Source: a virus (taxonomy: Duplodnaviria > Caudoviricetes). Taken from it: a stretch of 28,542 nucleotides of DNA. The notes beneath the pieces were generated by a model. It searched no databases, was not told the origin of the DNA, and saw nothing but the letters and a program-made list of their open reading frames with translations. The translations under genes and the position numbers were made by a program. The stretch is from positions 1 to 28,542 of IMG/VR virus record IMGVR_UViG_3300020365_000095, one strand, 5' to 3'. This document shows positions 15,908 through 24,884 of this stretch, piece after piece (the stretch's first letter is position 1; every line of letters starts with the position of its first letter).

Positions 15908-18814
15908 TTACATAGCTAATGAATTAAAATTAAAACTATTCTGTTGTTGCACTGGTGCTATCTTGTCATAGATAGGCATTAATGCTGCAAGTTCATTTCC
16001 TGTAACTTCAGCAAATTCTTTCTTTTGAAATCCATCTAAAAGATTTCTTTCATAGTCTGTTAGTACTGCTTGACTGCCTGCTCCTGCCATACCTGGTCTA
16101 TAAGTAGACAAAACAGATATTTTTTTACGATACTCACCCATTTTATCAAATGTTGCATAACCTTCTCCTCCTGCAGCTTTATCTGCTAATGCAAACATAG
16201 TAACAACATTTATATCGTCATTAATTTTGTTCATCATTTTTTCTGCTGCATCGTCTCCTCGTAAACCTTTACCTACTTGTCCTTGACCATAAAGTAATTT
16301 ATAATCTAAATCTTTTTCGTGATATTTATACATACCTAGTTCATCATAACCATCTACGTAACCATATCGTAAGCCAAACTCATTACCTACATCTATAAAT
16401 AACTCTCCGCCTATATTTATTTCTAGAGACTCTTCTAAGGCTGCTACGTAACCTCCTGCAGTATTTATTAAAGCCTCTGCTCCATCTCTATTTTCTTGAG
16501 AAAATTTAGATCCTGTAAAACCACCTACTATAATATCATCAGGACTATATACGTCTTTATCAAAATCAATCGCTGCTTCTCCTACGTAAGTACTAGGAGG
16601 ACCTTTAAATAAACTTATTACACCTGCAGCTAGTGCTACGTAACCTAGTACTGAAACCGCACTACCTAAAGCTGTACCTGTAGTTGCTGCTTTAGCTCCT
16701 GCACCAAGTAGTCCACCTTGTGCTAATACACCTGTTGAGTACCCTAGTCCTGCAACATTACCAACACTAGGTCCATTTTCTATAATATCATATAGTGATA
16801 ATCCTGCACCTACTGCAGCTAAACCTGTTTTCCAATTCCATACACCATTACTTGACATAGGAGCTTCACCTGTAAGATCTGCTCCTGTTTTAGTAGATGC
16901 ACTACCAGAAGTGTTTACATTAGTTAAATTACCATCATAAACACCTGTCTCTCCTCCAGAAACTATATACGCTTCTCCTGGTGTTAGTCTAACAATTTTT
17001 CCGTCTACCATTGTTGTATATTGAGAGCCACTAAAAAGTCCTGCTTCAGGAGCACCAGTAGTAAGTGCAACTTTTGAACCTATAGGAACTATAGTGTTGC
17101 CTACTGTAATACTTGTACCTGTCATAGCAGCTGTAGCTCCACTTGTTAAAATACCTGCATTAGCAGCAGCAGCTTTATCAAATCCTAAAAATTTTCCTAC
17201 AGGATCAAATATATTGTTTCTAGCCCAATTAAAAACTGATTCTGTTATTGCACCATCAAGAAATAATTTATCTAATGCTGCAACTGTTGCAACGCCTGAT
17301 AATAGTTGTTCTGTGGTACTTGGTTTTGGTGGAGTGCTACCTGATCTATCTACGCCAAAGCCTGGCATATTTTCTAAATCAACACCTGTATAATTACCAC
17401 CTACAATGCCTGTAGTTCTTGGACCTGTAGCTGTTATCTTTGTATCAGGATCAGTTACTCTATAGTTTCTACCTTCTGGTGTTGTAAGTGTTGCTTTATT
17501 ACCACTATCGTCAGGAGTTATTGTTTGTCCTTCTCTAGGGGTTATTCTAGGACCAACTGGTTTAAGATCTTTAAATCTAGGATCATTAGGATCAACAGGT
17601 TTACCTATTACTTTTTCATCATCATCAGAAACTACTGCAGGAGAACCACCTTCATTATATCTAGCTACAGTAGCACCTTTACTAGCCATTACTTCATCTG
17701 TTTGTTCTTTTACATCTTTAACTATAGGTGTACCATCTTCATCAACAGGTCTTATCTGTCCGTTGTCTTCTAGTTCATCTAAGGCTTTTAATGCTGTTTT
17801 ACGCATGTTTTCATATTTAGATAAACCATGGTAACGAACTACATTAGCAGGAACTACTAGTTCACCTTCAGATATCATAGCAGGTATATCATCAGCTACT
17901 TCGCTTTCTGTAGCACCTGGTGTATCATCAGCATTATCTGCTAGGCCACCTTCCATAAATTTTTGTATATCTATAGAACCACCTTTAGCCATAGCATTTA
18001 ATTCTTTTTCATATAAACCTAATTGCTGTCTTTCTTCTTCAGTAAAAAATCTATTATATACTTTACTACCTTTTTCACCTGAGTATCTATCTAATGTTCC
18101 TAAATACTTTCTATATTCTTCTGCATCAAAATCATTCATGACTTCTAATGTTTTTTCTCCTAATAAACCATCTACTTCAATTTTTTTATTTTTAGATACT
18201 AAATATTTTTGTAAGTCTTTAATAGCTCCTGCATTTTGTCCTGTGTAACCTGCATCCATAAATAATAATTTAGCAGCTTCAGGATTTACGTTTTCTAGTT
18301 GGCTTAAATCTCTAAATTTACTAGGCTTATCATCTGAAACATTTTGACCTGTATATTGTCTATACATAATTTCTGCTACTTTTTCGTCTGTTAATGTGCC
18401 TTGTCTTATTTCTTCAGCAAGCTCTGGATAAGAATCTATATGTATTCCTTTAAATGCTTGATTAGTTTCTTGACCATCTTTATCACCTGTTCTGCCTTCA
18501 GCAAACAACCATTGCTTCATCATTTCAGTTTTAAAGTAATCACTAGGTGTAAATTCTTCTTCGGTTACAGGCATTGCACCTTCGTTTAACATCATAGGTT
18601 TTTCATATTTTTTTAATAATTTTTCAGGTTCTAGTAGCATAGCTGTTTGAATATTAGTATTACTTGGCTGTGGTTTTTTTGCAACACCACTAACTTTTTT
18701 CTTAATATCTTTATCTTTAGCTTTTTCTTCAGATGTTTTTGGATCTAATATAGACGGATCTTTTAAACCGTCAGCTTTTGCTTCACCTGGTTTTTTATTT
18801 AGTAATGTTTCCAT
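15908..18814 (-). CDS. Multi-domain internal virion protein: GH108-like muramidase/PG-binding module, DDIPAMISEGE domain, Gly/Ala hydrophobic region
   Basis: aa ~95-257 follow the GH108 + PG_binding_3 pattern (AEG..., LTDEKVAEIMYRQY, LLFMDAGYTG, KDLQKYL, VDGLLGEKTL); aa 299-345 DDIPAMISEGELVVPANVVRYHG; long GA-rich hydrophobic stretches in the C-half. Confidence 0.65.
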   Translation of the reverse strand: METLLNKKPGEAKADGLKDPSILDPKTSEEKAKDKDIKKKVSGVAKKPQPSNTNIQTAMLLEPEKLLKKYEKPMMLNEGAMPVTEEEFTPSDYFKTEMMKQWLFAEGRTGDKDGQETNQAFKGIHIDSYPELAEEIRQGTLTDEKVAEIMYRQYTGQNVSDDKPSKFRDLSQLENVNPEAAKLLFMDAGYTGQNAGAIKDLQKYLVSKNKKIEVDGLLGEKTLEVMNDFDAEEYRKYLGTLDRYSGEKGSKVYNRFFTEEERQQLGLYEKELNAMAKGGSIDIQKFMEGGLADNADDTPGATESEVADDIPAMISEGELVVPANVVRYHGLSKYENMRKTALKALDELEDNGQIRPVDEDGTPIVKDVKEQTDEVMASKGATVARYNEGGSPAVVSDDDEKVIGKPVDPNDPRFKDLKPVGPRITPREGQTITPDDSGNKATLTTPEGRNYRVTDPDTKITATGPRTTGIVGGNYTGVDLENMPGFGVDRSGSTPPKPSTTEQLLSGVATVAALDKLFLDGAITESVFNWARNNIFDPVGKFLGFDKAAAANAGILTSGATAAMTGTSITVGNTIVPIGSKVALTTGAPEAGLFSGSQYTTMVDGKIVRLTPGEAYIVSGGETGVYDGNLTNVNTSGSASTKTGADLTGEAPMSSNGVWNWKTGLAAVGAGLSLYDIIENGPSVGNVAGLGYSTGVLAQGGLLGAGAKAATTGTALGSAVSVLGYVALAAGVISLFKGPPSTYVGEAAIDFDKDVYSPDDIIVGGFTGSKFSQENRDGAEALINTAGGYVAALEESLEINIGGELFIDVGNEFGLRYGYVDGYDELGMYKYHEKDLDYKLLYGQGQVGKGLRGDDAAEKMMNKINDDINVVTMFALADKAAGGEGYATFDKMGEYRKKISVLSTYRPGMAGAGSQAVLTDYERNLLDGFQKKEFAEVTGNELAALMPIYDKIAPVQQQNSFNFNSLAM

Positions 18815-19037
18815 TTTTCCCCTCTTTAGCTTTTTGTATTACTTCATCCCTAAACGTAGCAAATCTTTGTAACTCATGTATGCTACCTTGTATTTGTATT
18901 ATCTTGTTATGGTCTGTTTCTCTTATAAGATTTTTTACATGAGATTTAATTCTTTCTTCTGCGTAATCAAATAAAGCATCTATAGATTGTTTATTATTAG
19001 CTACTACTAATAATTTTCTAGCTACTTCTGGGCTCAC
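18795..19037 (-). CDS. Small helical protein after portal (head-associated, hypothetical)
   Basis: 80 aa with IIQIQGSIHEL motif; ATG overlaps the portal stop; usual slot in this gene order. Confidence 0.65.
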   Translation of the reverse strand: MSPEVARKLLVVANNKQSIDALFDYAEERIKSHVKNLIRETDHNKIIQIQGSIHELQRFATFRDEVIQKAKEGKNGNITK

Positions 19038-21109
19038 TGTATTTCTCCTTCACTAGGTGGCCTTCCTGAAAAGCCTGGCATTCCTGGTTCAGGTGCTCCG
19101 CCAGGACCTATCTGACTATTGCCTGTACCTGCAGGACTAGTTGGTGGAACTGTTCCTCCTCCTTCTGGTGGAGGTGGTGCTCCTGCCCCTGGTGGTTGTT
19201 GTGGTGGTCCTTGCATCATTCCAGATGCTTGCATAACTTTAGCTTGTCTTAAAGCTTCTCTTTCATCATTTACAAACTTCTCAGCATCAAGATCAAATGA
19301 GTGTGCTATCTCTCTTAATATTACTGGGAACTTTACAAAAGGTGCTAGTGCAGGATTAGAACCGATTTGCATAAGTTGTAATAGTCTTTGACTTCTTACT
19401 TCGTTACGCATAAGGCTTTCTGTACCTCTAGCTTTTATTTCTATATCGCCTTGTACATCAGGATCAAAATCAAATTGCTGATTAAAGGCATAGAAAGATT
19501 CACCTAGTGGTTGTAATAGGTAGTCATCTATATTTTTAACCACTGTCTTAATAGATATCTGAGCTGCACCCATTAGCATAGATATCCCTGCCGCTGTTCT
19601 ACCGGTTCCTTGTATTCCAGTCTGACCATGTGAGAAAGACGGAATGCCTGTAGATTCATCGGACAAGGCTCTTGCTTTATCAAACATCATCAAATTCTGA
19701 GAAGATACATTAGGATACTGTGTAGCAAATAGTGCTTGACCAGGTGCTCCACCTTGTCTCCTAAATATCTTACCAGGGTATACTTCTAGGTCTTGACCTG
19801 GTACGAGATTTGTTTCATCAATCTCAAATATCAGGTTACCCGATAGAACAGCATTATCAACAGCCATTCGCATAAAGCCGTTCATTAGCTGTTGTGTGTC
19901 TACCATGTTTTCTGCTAGTCCTACTCCAAAGAAAGAGTAAGGGTTTAACTCATAAGGAGCAGCAAAATAAGGAATACGGATAGGCATAAAAGGGTTAAAC
20001 GCCAACCGTAAAATTTTGTCGTTACAAACCCAAGCGTTGATTTGAACCAAATCCACATCTGCGTATTCTTTAGGTATGTCCAAGCCTGCGTCTTCTGCAT
20101 ATGTTCTATCAATGTTGCCCCAAAACTCAAGGACTTCGTAGCGATCAACGCTAACATTTGTCGAATCGTAGTCATCTAAATCATCCTCCCACCATTGTCT
20201 GGTGTAATTAGTGCCCATTTCGATACATTCGTCTAGGGCATCTTCATCAAACAGAGGGCGATTCTTTAGTGCCCTCATATCAGCATGGTTTAATTTATGT
20301 CGCTGAATCACATATTCTACCTCATCCATATTATTAGCTGCAGGATCAGGATAAAAATCCCAACAAGAAACAAACTCTAATCTAGGAACTGTTTTGATTT
20401 CAGGTGTATATGTAACATTACCTTCTTCATCTTGTTCCCATCTAGGGTATTCTTTGTCTTGAGCAAATGGTCCTTTTAGTATTCCTGTACCAAATAAGGA
20501 CATTTCAAATGCTGCTGATCTTAAATGTTTAGAAGCTGAAGATTCTTCTAATTGATCAAGTATCTTTTTTTCCATAGCACGAGCTGCTTCTTCTGCAGGA
20601 TGATATGTAATAGATGTAGGAGTAACACCTGCACCTTCTTTTAATTCTAAATCATCTGCTAATTCTTTTAATGCTCCTAACTCTAACTCTTCTTCTTTAG
20701 AACCTGGTGGAAATAAACTACCTTGGTTAGGATCATCTTGTGGTTGAGTTGGATTCTTAGGATCAAAGTGTACAGATTCTTCTACACCATCTGGTAATCT
20801 TGTTGCATCAACTCCTAATGGAAATTTTTGTCCTGCAAATAATACATCAATAATCTGACCATAAGCAGCAGTTACTTTTGTTTTTGTAACTTTTAAAAAT
20901 ACTTGACTTTTTTCTGTTTCTGTAAATTGTGTTTCTGAACCATAGATACCTCTATAGTTTCTGTAAGACTCCATCCATCTTGATTCTTGTGAGTAACGAG
21001 AGTCGTATGAGTAATTAAATTTATCTCTAATATAAGAAGATAATGTCATTTTTTGACTATCTTCTAATTCCATTTCTAGTTCTGTTTCTGTAGTGTTTTC
21101 TTCAGCCAT
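19034..21109 (-). CDS. Portal protein
   Basis: 691 aa after TerL; LFGTGILK, WDFYPDP, YSFFGVG, TAAGISMLM motifs; Pro/Gly-rich C-tail. Confidence 0.9.
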   Translation of the reverse strand: MAEENTTETELEMELEDSQKMTLSSYIRDKFNYSYDSRYSQESRWMESYRNYRGIYGSETQFTETEKSQVFLKVTKTKVTAAYGQIIDVLFAGQKFPLGVDATRLPDGVEESVHFDPKNPTQPQDDPNQGSLFPPGSKEEELELGALKELADDLELKEGAGVTPTSITYHPAEEAARAMEKKILDQLEESSASKHLRSAAFEMSLFGTGILKGPFAQDKEYPRWEQDEEGNVTYTPEIKTVPRLEFVSCWDFYPDPAANNMDEVEYVIQRHKLNHADMRALKNRPLFDEDALDECIEMGTNYTRQWWEDDLDDYDSTNVSVDRYEVLEFWGNIDRTYAEDAGLDIPKEYADVDLVQINAWVCNDKILRLAFNPFMPIRIPYFAAPYELNPYSFFGVGLAENMVDTQQLMNGFMRMAVDNAVLSGNLIFEIDETNLVPGQDLEVYPGKIFRRQGGAPGQALFATQYPNVSSQNLMMFDKARALSDESTGIPSFSHGQTGIQGTGRTAAGISMLMGAAQISIKTVVKNIDDYLLQPLGESFYAFNQQFDFDPDVQGDIEIKARGTESLMRNEVRSQRLLQLMQIGSNPALAPFVKFPVILREIAHSFDLDAEKFVNDEREALRQAKVMQASGMMQGPPQQPPGAGAPPPPEGGGTVPPTSPAGTGNSQIGPGGAPEPGMPGFSGRPPSEGEIQ

Positions 21110-21111
21110 AT

Positions 21112-22695
21112 TTAATATCCAAATACCTGATCAGCAGGTTTCCAAGGTTTTTTCCAATCGGTGTTGGAAAAGTCATACAACCCTCTAGGAGTTGGTCTGG
21201 ACATGATACCATAACGTAGTGCATCATATCCATGGTCGTAGTCTATTTTAGTATTCACATCTTCAGGATTATTTTTATCTAAAGGTATTTGTGGTAATTC
21301 TGATATAAGTTTAACACAATTTGAAAAAAATTCAACCCCTGCTTCTCCTGTTTCTTCATCTACTCTTAATAATCTATGTAGCTCATTTTTACCTGCTACT
21401 CTACTTCCTTTACTTCTATCGGACTGTCTCCATCGACATCCTCTTAATATCATTGTTTCTGCAATCGAAGGACCTGTCTGTCCTCTGTTGTGCCAACAAG
21501 ATGAGTCAAGAACACCGTACCAAATCTTATCATCGTTCTCTCTTTCAATGCTTAGTATCAAGTCTGCTAACTCCTCTGCTGTTTTTTTCTGTGCATAAAG
21601 TTCTCTATATACAATTAATTTATTATCTGGTCTTACTGCTACCCATAAACATACTGACCAACTTGAATACCCATAGTCACATGTTCTAAATCTTTTCCAT
21701 GAAGCAGGTACATTATAAGGTTCTACTACATGTATATCTCTATTAAACTCTGTAAACGCTGCACCTTCCGCTATATCCCAAGAACCTTCTAATAATTGTT
21801 GTCTTTGTACTTCAGGTAAAGATAACAAGTTTGCTTCATACTCTCCTGCCTCAGCGAGGTAAGGATTGTCTGTAAGTTTAGCAGGTATAAACCTTCTTTT
21901 AAATAGTGGCTTTCCTGCTTTATCATGGCCACTAGGATAAGTTAGCACTTCTCCGTTTTCTATATCTGTTGCCCAAAACGATGAGTTGTAAGGGGCAGGA
22001 TCAATAAACATTTTCTTAACCCATAAATGTCCTGGTCCACCTGGGTTTGTAGTTCCTCTCATATACGTTGGCAAATCAGCATTCACAGTACGTAAACGAG
22101 AACGTAAATAGTTCCAAGCATATGGTGTACCATACTGAGTAAGCTCATCTACACCTATCCAAGTAAAAGCTTGTCCTTGGTATCTTAGAACGTCTTTATC
22201 TTGCTCAAGATATGTCATCCATATTCTAGCACCAGAGGGGAATGTCCATAAAGACTTTCTTTCACTCCACTTAGCACCAGGAAATACTCTTGGATATAAT
22301 TCCTGACTTTTCTGTACTAGCTCTCTTAACTCATCATTTGTTCTTCTAAGTAGAAGAGCACTATGGTTAGGATGGTTGCAATATCGCAACACATCTGCTA
22401 GTAAAGCGTAGGATTTACCTCCACCTGCCGCACCACCATATAAAACTTCTTTTTCATTCGATGCTAAGAAGTCTGTCTGTGGGCCACTGTTAGGTTGAAA
22501 TACAATATCTCTTTCTTCTTCGATAACTTGTAAATCATCATCAGTCTCGACTATATTAGCTCTAACTGGTGGCTTCCTTTTGGCTCGAATAATTTTCTGC
22601 TTCTTTGATGAGGTCTTCTTGCGTCTCTGTCCTTGCCTTGGCTTTAACTCGCTCCCATCTAATAGTTGCTGCTTTTTTATTTCGTTCACTTTCAT
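21112..22695 (-). CDS. terL: Terminase large subunit
   Basis: Q motif PNSGPQ, Walker A YGGAAGGGKS, Walker B IGVDE, motif III TTNPGG, nuclease DYG and DHGYDALRY. Start uncertain because it overlaps the upstream ORF by 134 nt. Confidence 0.95.
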   Translation of the reverse strand: MKVNEIKKQQLLDGSELKPRQGQRRKKTSSKKQKIIRAKRKPPVRANIVETDDDLQVIEEERDIVFQPNSGPQTDFLASNEKEVLYGGAAGGGKSYALLADVLRYCNHPNHSALLLRRTNDELRELVQKSQELYPRVFPGAKWSERKSLWTFPSGARIWMTYLEQDKDVLRYQGQAFTWIGVDELTQYGTPYAWNYLRSRLRTVNADLPTYMRGTTNPGGPGHLWVKKMFIDPAPYNSSFWATDIENGEVLTYPSGHDKAGKPLFKRRFIPAKLTDNPYLAEAGEYEANLLSLPEVQRQQLLEGSWDIAEGAAFTEFNRDIHVVEPYNVPASWKRFRTCDYGYSSWSVCLWVAVRPDNKLIVYRELYAQKKTAEELADLILSIERENDDKIWYGVLDSSCWHNRGQTGPSIAETMILRGCRWRQSDRSKGSRVAGKNELHRLLRVDEETGEAGVEFFSNCVKLISELPQIPLDKNNPEDVNTKIDYDHGYDALRYGIMSRPTPRGLYDFSNTDWKKPWKPADQVFGY

Positions 22696-22921
22696 CCTTC
22701 TTTAGCATTTTAAATAGAGCAACATGTGATATAGATCTACCACTTTTTGCTGATAACCATTTAGCTACTTCACGTAGACTAGATGTTTTAGCATGTTGTT
22801 TCGCTATATCTAATAGTTCTTGTTGTTCTGGTATGCTTCTTAATAAGTCTTTTGAGTTTTCTACAAGTTCCCAACCAAAAGGAACAGTAGAACCTAGTTT
22901 TCTTTTATATTCAATTTCCAT
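22562..22921 (-). CDS. Recombinase-domain-like (winged helix) DNA-binding protein between TerS and TerL
   Basis: VPFGWE...SLREVAKWLS...ISHVALFKML matches the serine-recombinase 'Recombinase' DNA-binding pattern; no catalytic domain. Confidence 0.6.
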   Translation of the reverse strand: MEIEYKRKLGSTVPFGWELVENSKDLLRSIPEQQELLDIAKQHAKTSSLREVAKWLSAKSGRSISHVALFKMLKKDESERNKKAATIRWERVKAKARTETQEDLIKEAENYSSQKEATS

Positions 22922-23291
22922 CTATTTCTTCTTCTTCATTTTTAGAAGGCAGTATAAACAAACCAGATGGAGTGTTTACTTCTATCTTCTCTTGCTTTAC
23001 TACGCCTGCTCTATCCAATACATCTTTTGCTGCAGTAAGTTTATCTCTATTACCTAACTCAGTAGGATCATCAATGATACCTGTTATTGCAACGGCTGCT
23101 TTAGGTGCATGCATAGATAAATATTCTTTTGAAGCTTGTAATATTTCTTCGTTAAGATTAGCTGTAACATCTCTCCAGGTAGTGTTAGGACTATAGCCTG
23201 CTATGTCCATTGCTAATCTGTGATTACCCATTGCTTCACCAAATAAAGCATCTATAAATTTTTTCTGTTTTTCTGTTAGTTCTTTTGACAT
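22911..23291 (-). CDS. terS: Terminase small subunit
   Basis: LTEKQKKFI...GN...AMDIAGYS HTH and AAKDVLDRAG; upstream of TerL. Confidence 0.8.
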   Translation of the reverse strand: MSKELTEKQKKFIDALFGEAMGNHRLAMDIAGYSPNTTWRDVTANLNEEILQASKEYLSMHAPKAAVAITGIIDDPTELGNRDKLTAAKDVLDRAGVVKQEKIEVNTPSGLFILPSKNEEEEIDGN

Positions 23292-23633
23292 TTAGAATCC
23301 TGTTGAATACTCTTCTACGAAAGCAGTAACTGTTATATCGTCAGCAGTACCTGCTGTTGCTGATAAAAGATCTCCTGTATCAAAGTAAATAGGAGAATCA
23401 GATATAACTAAAAAATCATTTGCAGCTATACTTTTAGCTCCTGTAAGTGCAAAGTGAGTAGTAGCTGATGCATCATAAAACTCTAACTTAACTGTAGCAG
23501 CAGAAGATGCATCTACATTTGCTATCATTATTGACGTAATAACAGCACGAGATAAACTAGGAGTTGTATAAATAGTTGTCCTATTCGTAGTAGATAATGC
23601 TACTGACTGTGATTTAAATGTAGGTATAGCCAT
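23292..23633 (-). CDS. Small beta-sandwich protein, probably virion structural
   Basis: 113 aa, A/T/S-rich, TIYTTP...SIMIANVD...GDLLSA pattern; abuts both neighbouring genes. Confidence 0.6.
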   Translation of the reverse strand: MAIPTFKSQSVALSTTNRTTIYTTPSLSRAVITSIMIANVDASSAATVKLEFYDASATTHFALTGAKSIAANDFLVISDSPIYFDTGDLLSATAGTADDITVTAFVEEYSTGF

Positions 23634-23807
23634 TTATTTTTTAATACCAAATAAACATTTCTTACCAGTAGGAGAATCTACTTTAAGAGGTTTACCACCT
23701 TTACGATACCCAACATGCATTAACTTACTTGTTTCGGTAGCATATGCTTTAGCTTTTCTTTTACCTTCATCTGTATAAGAAAAATTTTTATCTCCAACCA
23801 TTGGCAT
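23634..23807 (-). CDS. Small basic protein (57 aa); absent from ORF track
   Basis: MPMVGDKKFSYTDEGKRKAKAYATETSKLMHVGYRKGGKPLKVDSPTGKKCLFGIKK; AAGGAG RBS; stop abuts the next ATG. Confidence 0.8.
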   Translation of the reverse strand: MPMVGDKNFSYTDEGKRKAKAYATETSKLMHVGYRKGGKPLKVDSPTGKKCLFGIKK

Positions 23808-23819
23808 GGTGTTTCTCCT

Positions 23820-23957
23820 TTACTCAGTTTTTTCTTTAGTTTTAATAGTAATATCTAAGTCTTTACCTTTTGGTGCAGACGCTGTTAAAGATATTTGTGA
23901 CGCAGCACAACCTATTAAACTTAAACTTAATACAAATACAATTATTAAATTTTTCAT
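23820..23957 (-). CDS. Small lipoprotein (45 aa); absent from ORF track
   Basis: MKNLIIVFVLSLSLIG|CAASQISLTASAPKGKDLDITIKTKEKTE: basic N-terminus, hydrophobic core, LIGC lipobox; ATGA overlap with the upstream gene; AGGAG RBS. Confidence 0.8.
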   Translation of the reverse strand: MKNLIIVFVLSLSLIGCAASQISLTASAPKGKDLDITIKTKEKTE

Positions 23958-24217
23958 TTCTTTCTCCTTACAATTTTCTTTCCTGCTTTTTTATTACGAG
24001 GAAAGGATCTATTCTTACTTCTTGATACTACCCTAAGATTACTTTTCTTGTTGTTCTTAGGATTACCATCTTTGTGATCTATATCTTTCTTATCACCTTT
24101 AGTTACCTTACCTTTACGTAAAGCAGCTCTTCTTACCTTGTTTCTAGATGCTCTTCTTTTTTTTTGCTCATCTCTACTATGGTAATTTTTGTATTCCCTT
24201 TTATAGTTTCTAGCCAT
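23954..24217 (-). CDS. Small basic HNH endonuclease
   Basis: DIDHKDGNPKNNKKSNLRVVSRSKNRS (H-N-N). Confidence 0.8.
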   Translation of the reverse strand: MARNYKREYKNYHSRDEQKKRRASRNKVRRAALRKGKVTKGDKKDIDHKDGNPKNNKKSNLRVVSRSKNRSFPRNKKAGKKIVRRKK

Positions 24218-24218
24218 A

Positions 24219-24881
24219 CTAGTCCTTATATAAATTATTAAAAGTTATATGTGGATCAGTATAACTTTCATGTTCTTCACTACTATGAGTCCATTGACTA
24301 GGAGCAAAATCAGGAGCTCCTTCTCCAGTAACCCATAATGCAGGATTAGTAACTCTTACTCTATTGTTAGGTAACGCTACTATATTCCCTTTCCATTGAC
24401 CTTCAGTCAAGTATAGTACATGACTTTGTTTATGTTGGTCCGGACTATCAGCTATCTCATCTTCTGTATAATCTACAGTAAAGATATACTTAGCTAAATA
24501 AAATTCACCATCTATCTTGGCGTACCAGGGAGATGATGATGTTCTATCCATTACGACAACTGAGTGTTGTCTTGACATACAATCCCAAGGTTGACATAAA
24601 TGATTTTCCATTCTGTCAGGCCATTCATCTAGTGGTATGTCAGCAACTAGACCTTGTATTGGCATTCGAGCCCACATAGCACCGCCATGTACATTAGGCT
24701 CATCATCTTCAGCTTCACAACCAGTAAATACAATCTGAAAAGATAGTGATCTATCTGGTATACAATTTACTGCTATTACTAATCCATGTAGAAATTCACC
24801 ATGATAATCCTGGTGATTAGCTGTAAACTCTTTTCTTACCCATACTTTAAAGTAGGGTACATTAGATATAAGATGTGGCAT
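24219..24881 (-). CDS. Conserved hypothetical phage protein (220 aa)
   Basis: W/H/C-rich globular sequence (HGGAMWARMP, QPWDC, QHKQSHV, LPNNRVR); no function recognised. Confidence 0.7.
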   Translation of the reverse strand: MPHLISNVPYFKVWVRKEFTANHQDYHGEFLHGLVIAVNCIPDRSLSFQIVFTGCEAEDDEPNVHGGAMWARMPIQGLVADIPLDEWPDRMENHLCQPWDCMSRQHSVVVMDRTSSSPWYAKIDGEFYLAKYIFTVDYTEDEIADSPDQHKQSHVLYLTEGQWKGNIVALPNNRVRVTNPALWVTGEGAPDFAPSQWTHSSEEHESYTDPHITFNNLYKD

Positions 24882-24884
24882 AGT

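Noticed and set aside
15139-20175. Nested minus-strand ORFs 15139..15327 and 19945..20175
   Set aside because: Short alternate frames inside scaffold and portal with no RBS or recognisable motif.
22562-22921. Integrase or evidence of a prophage
   Set aside because: Only a DNA-binding-type domain, with no catalytic serine domain, att site or host genes in the window.
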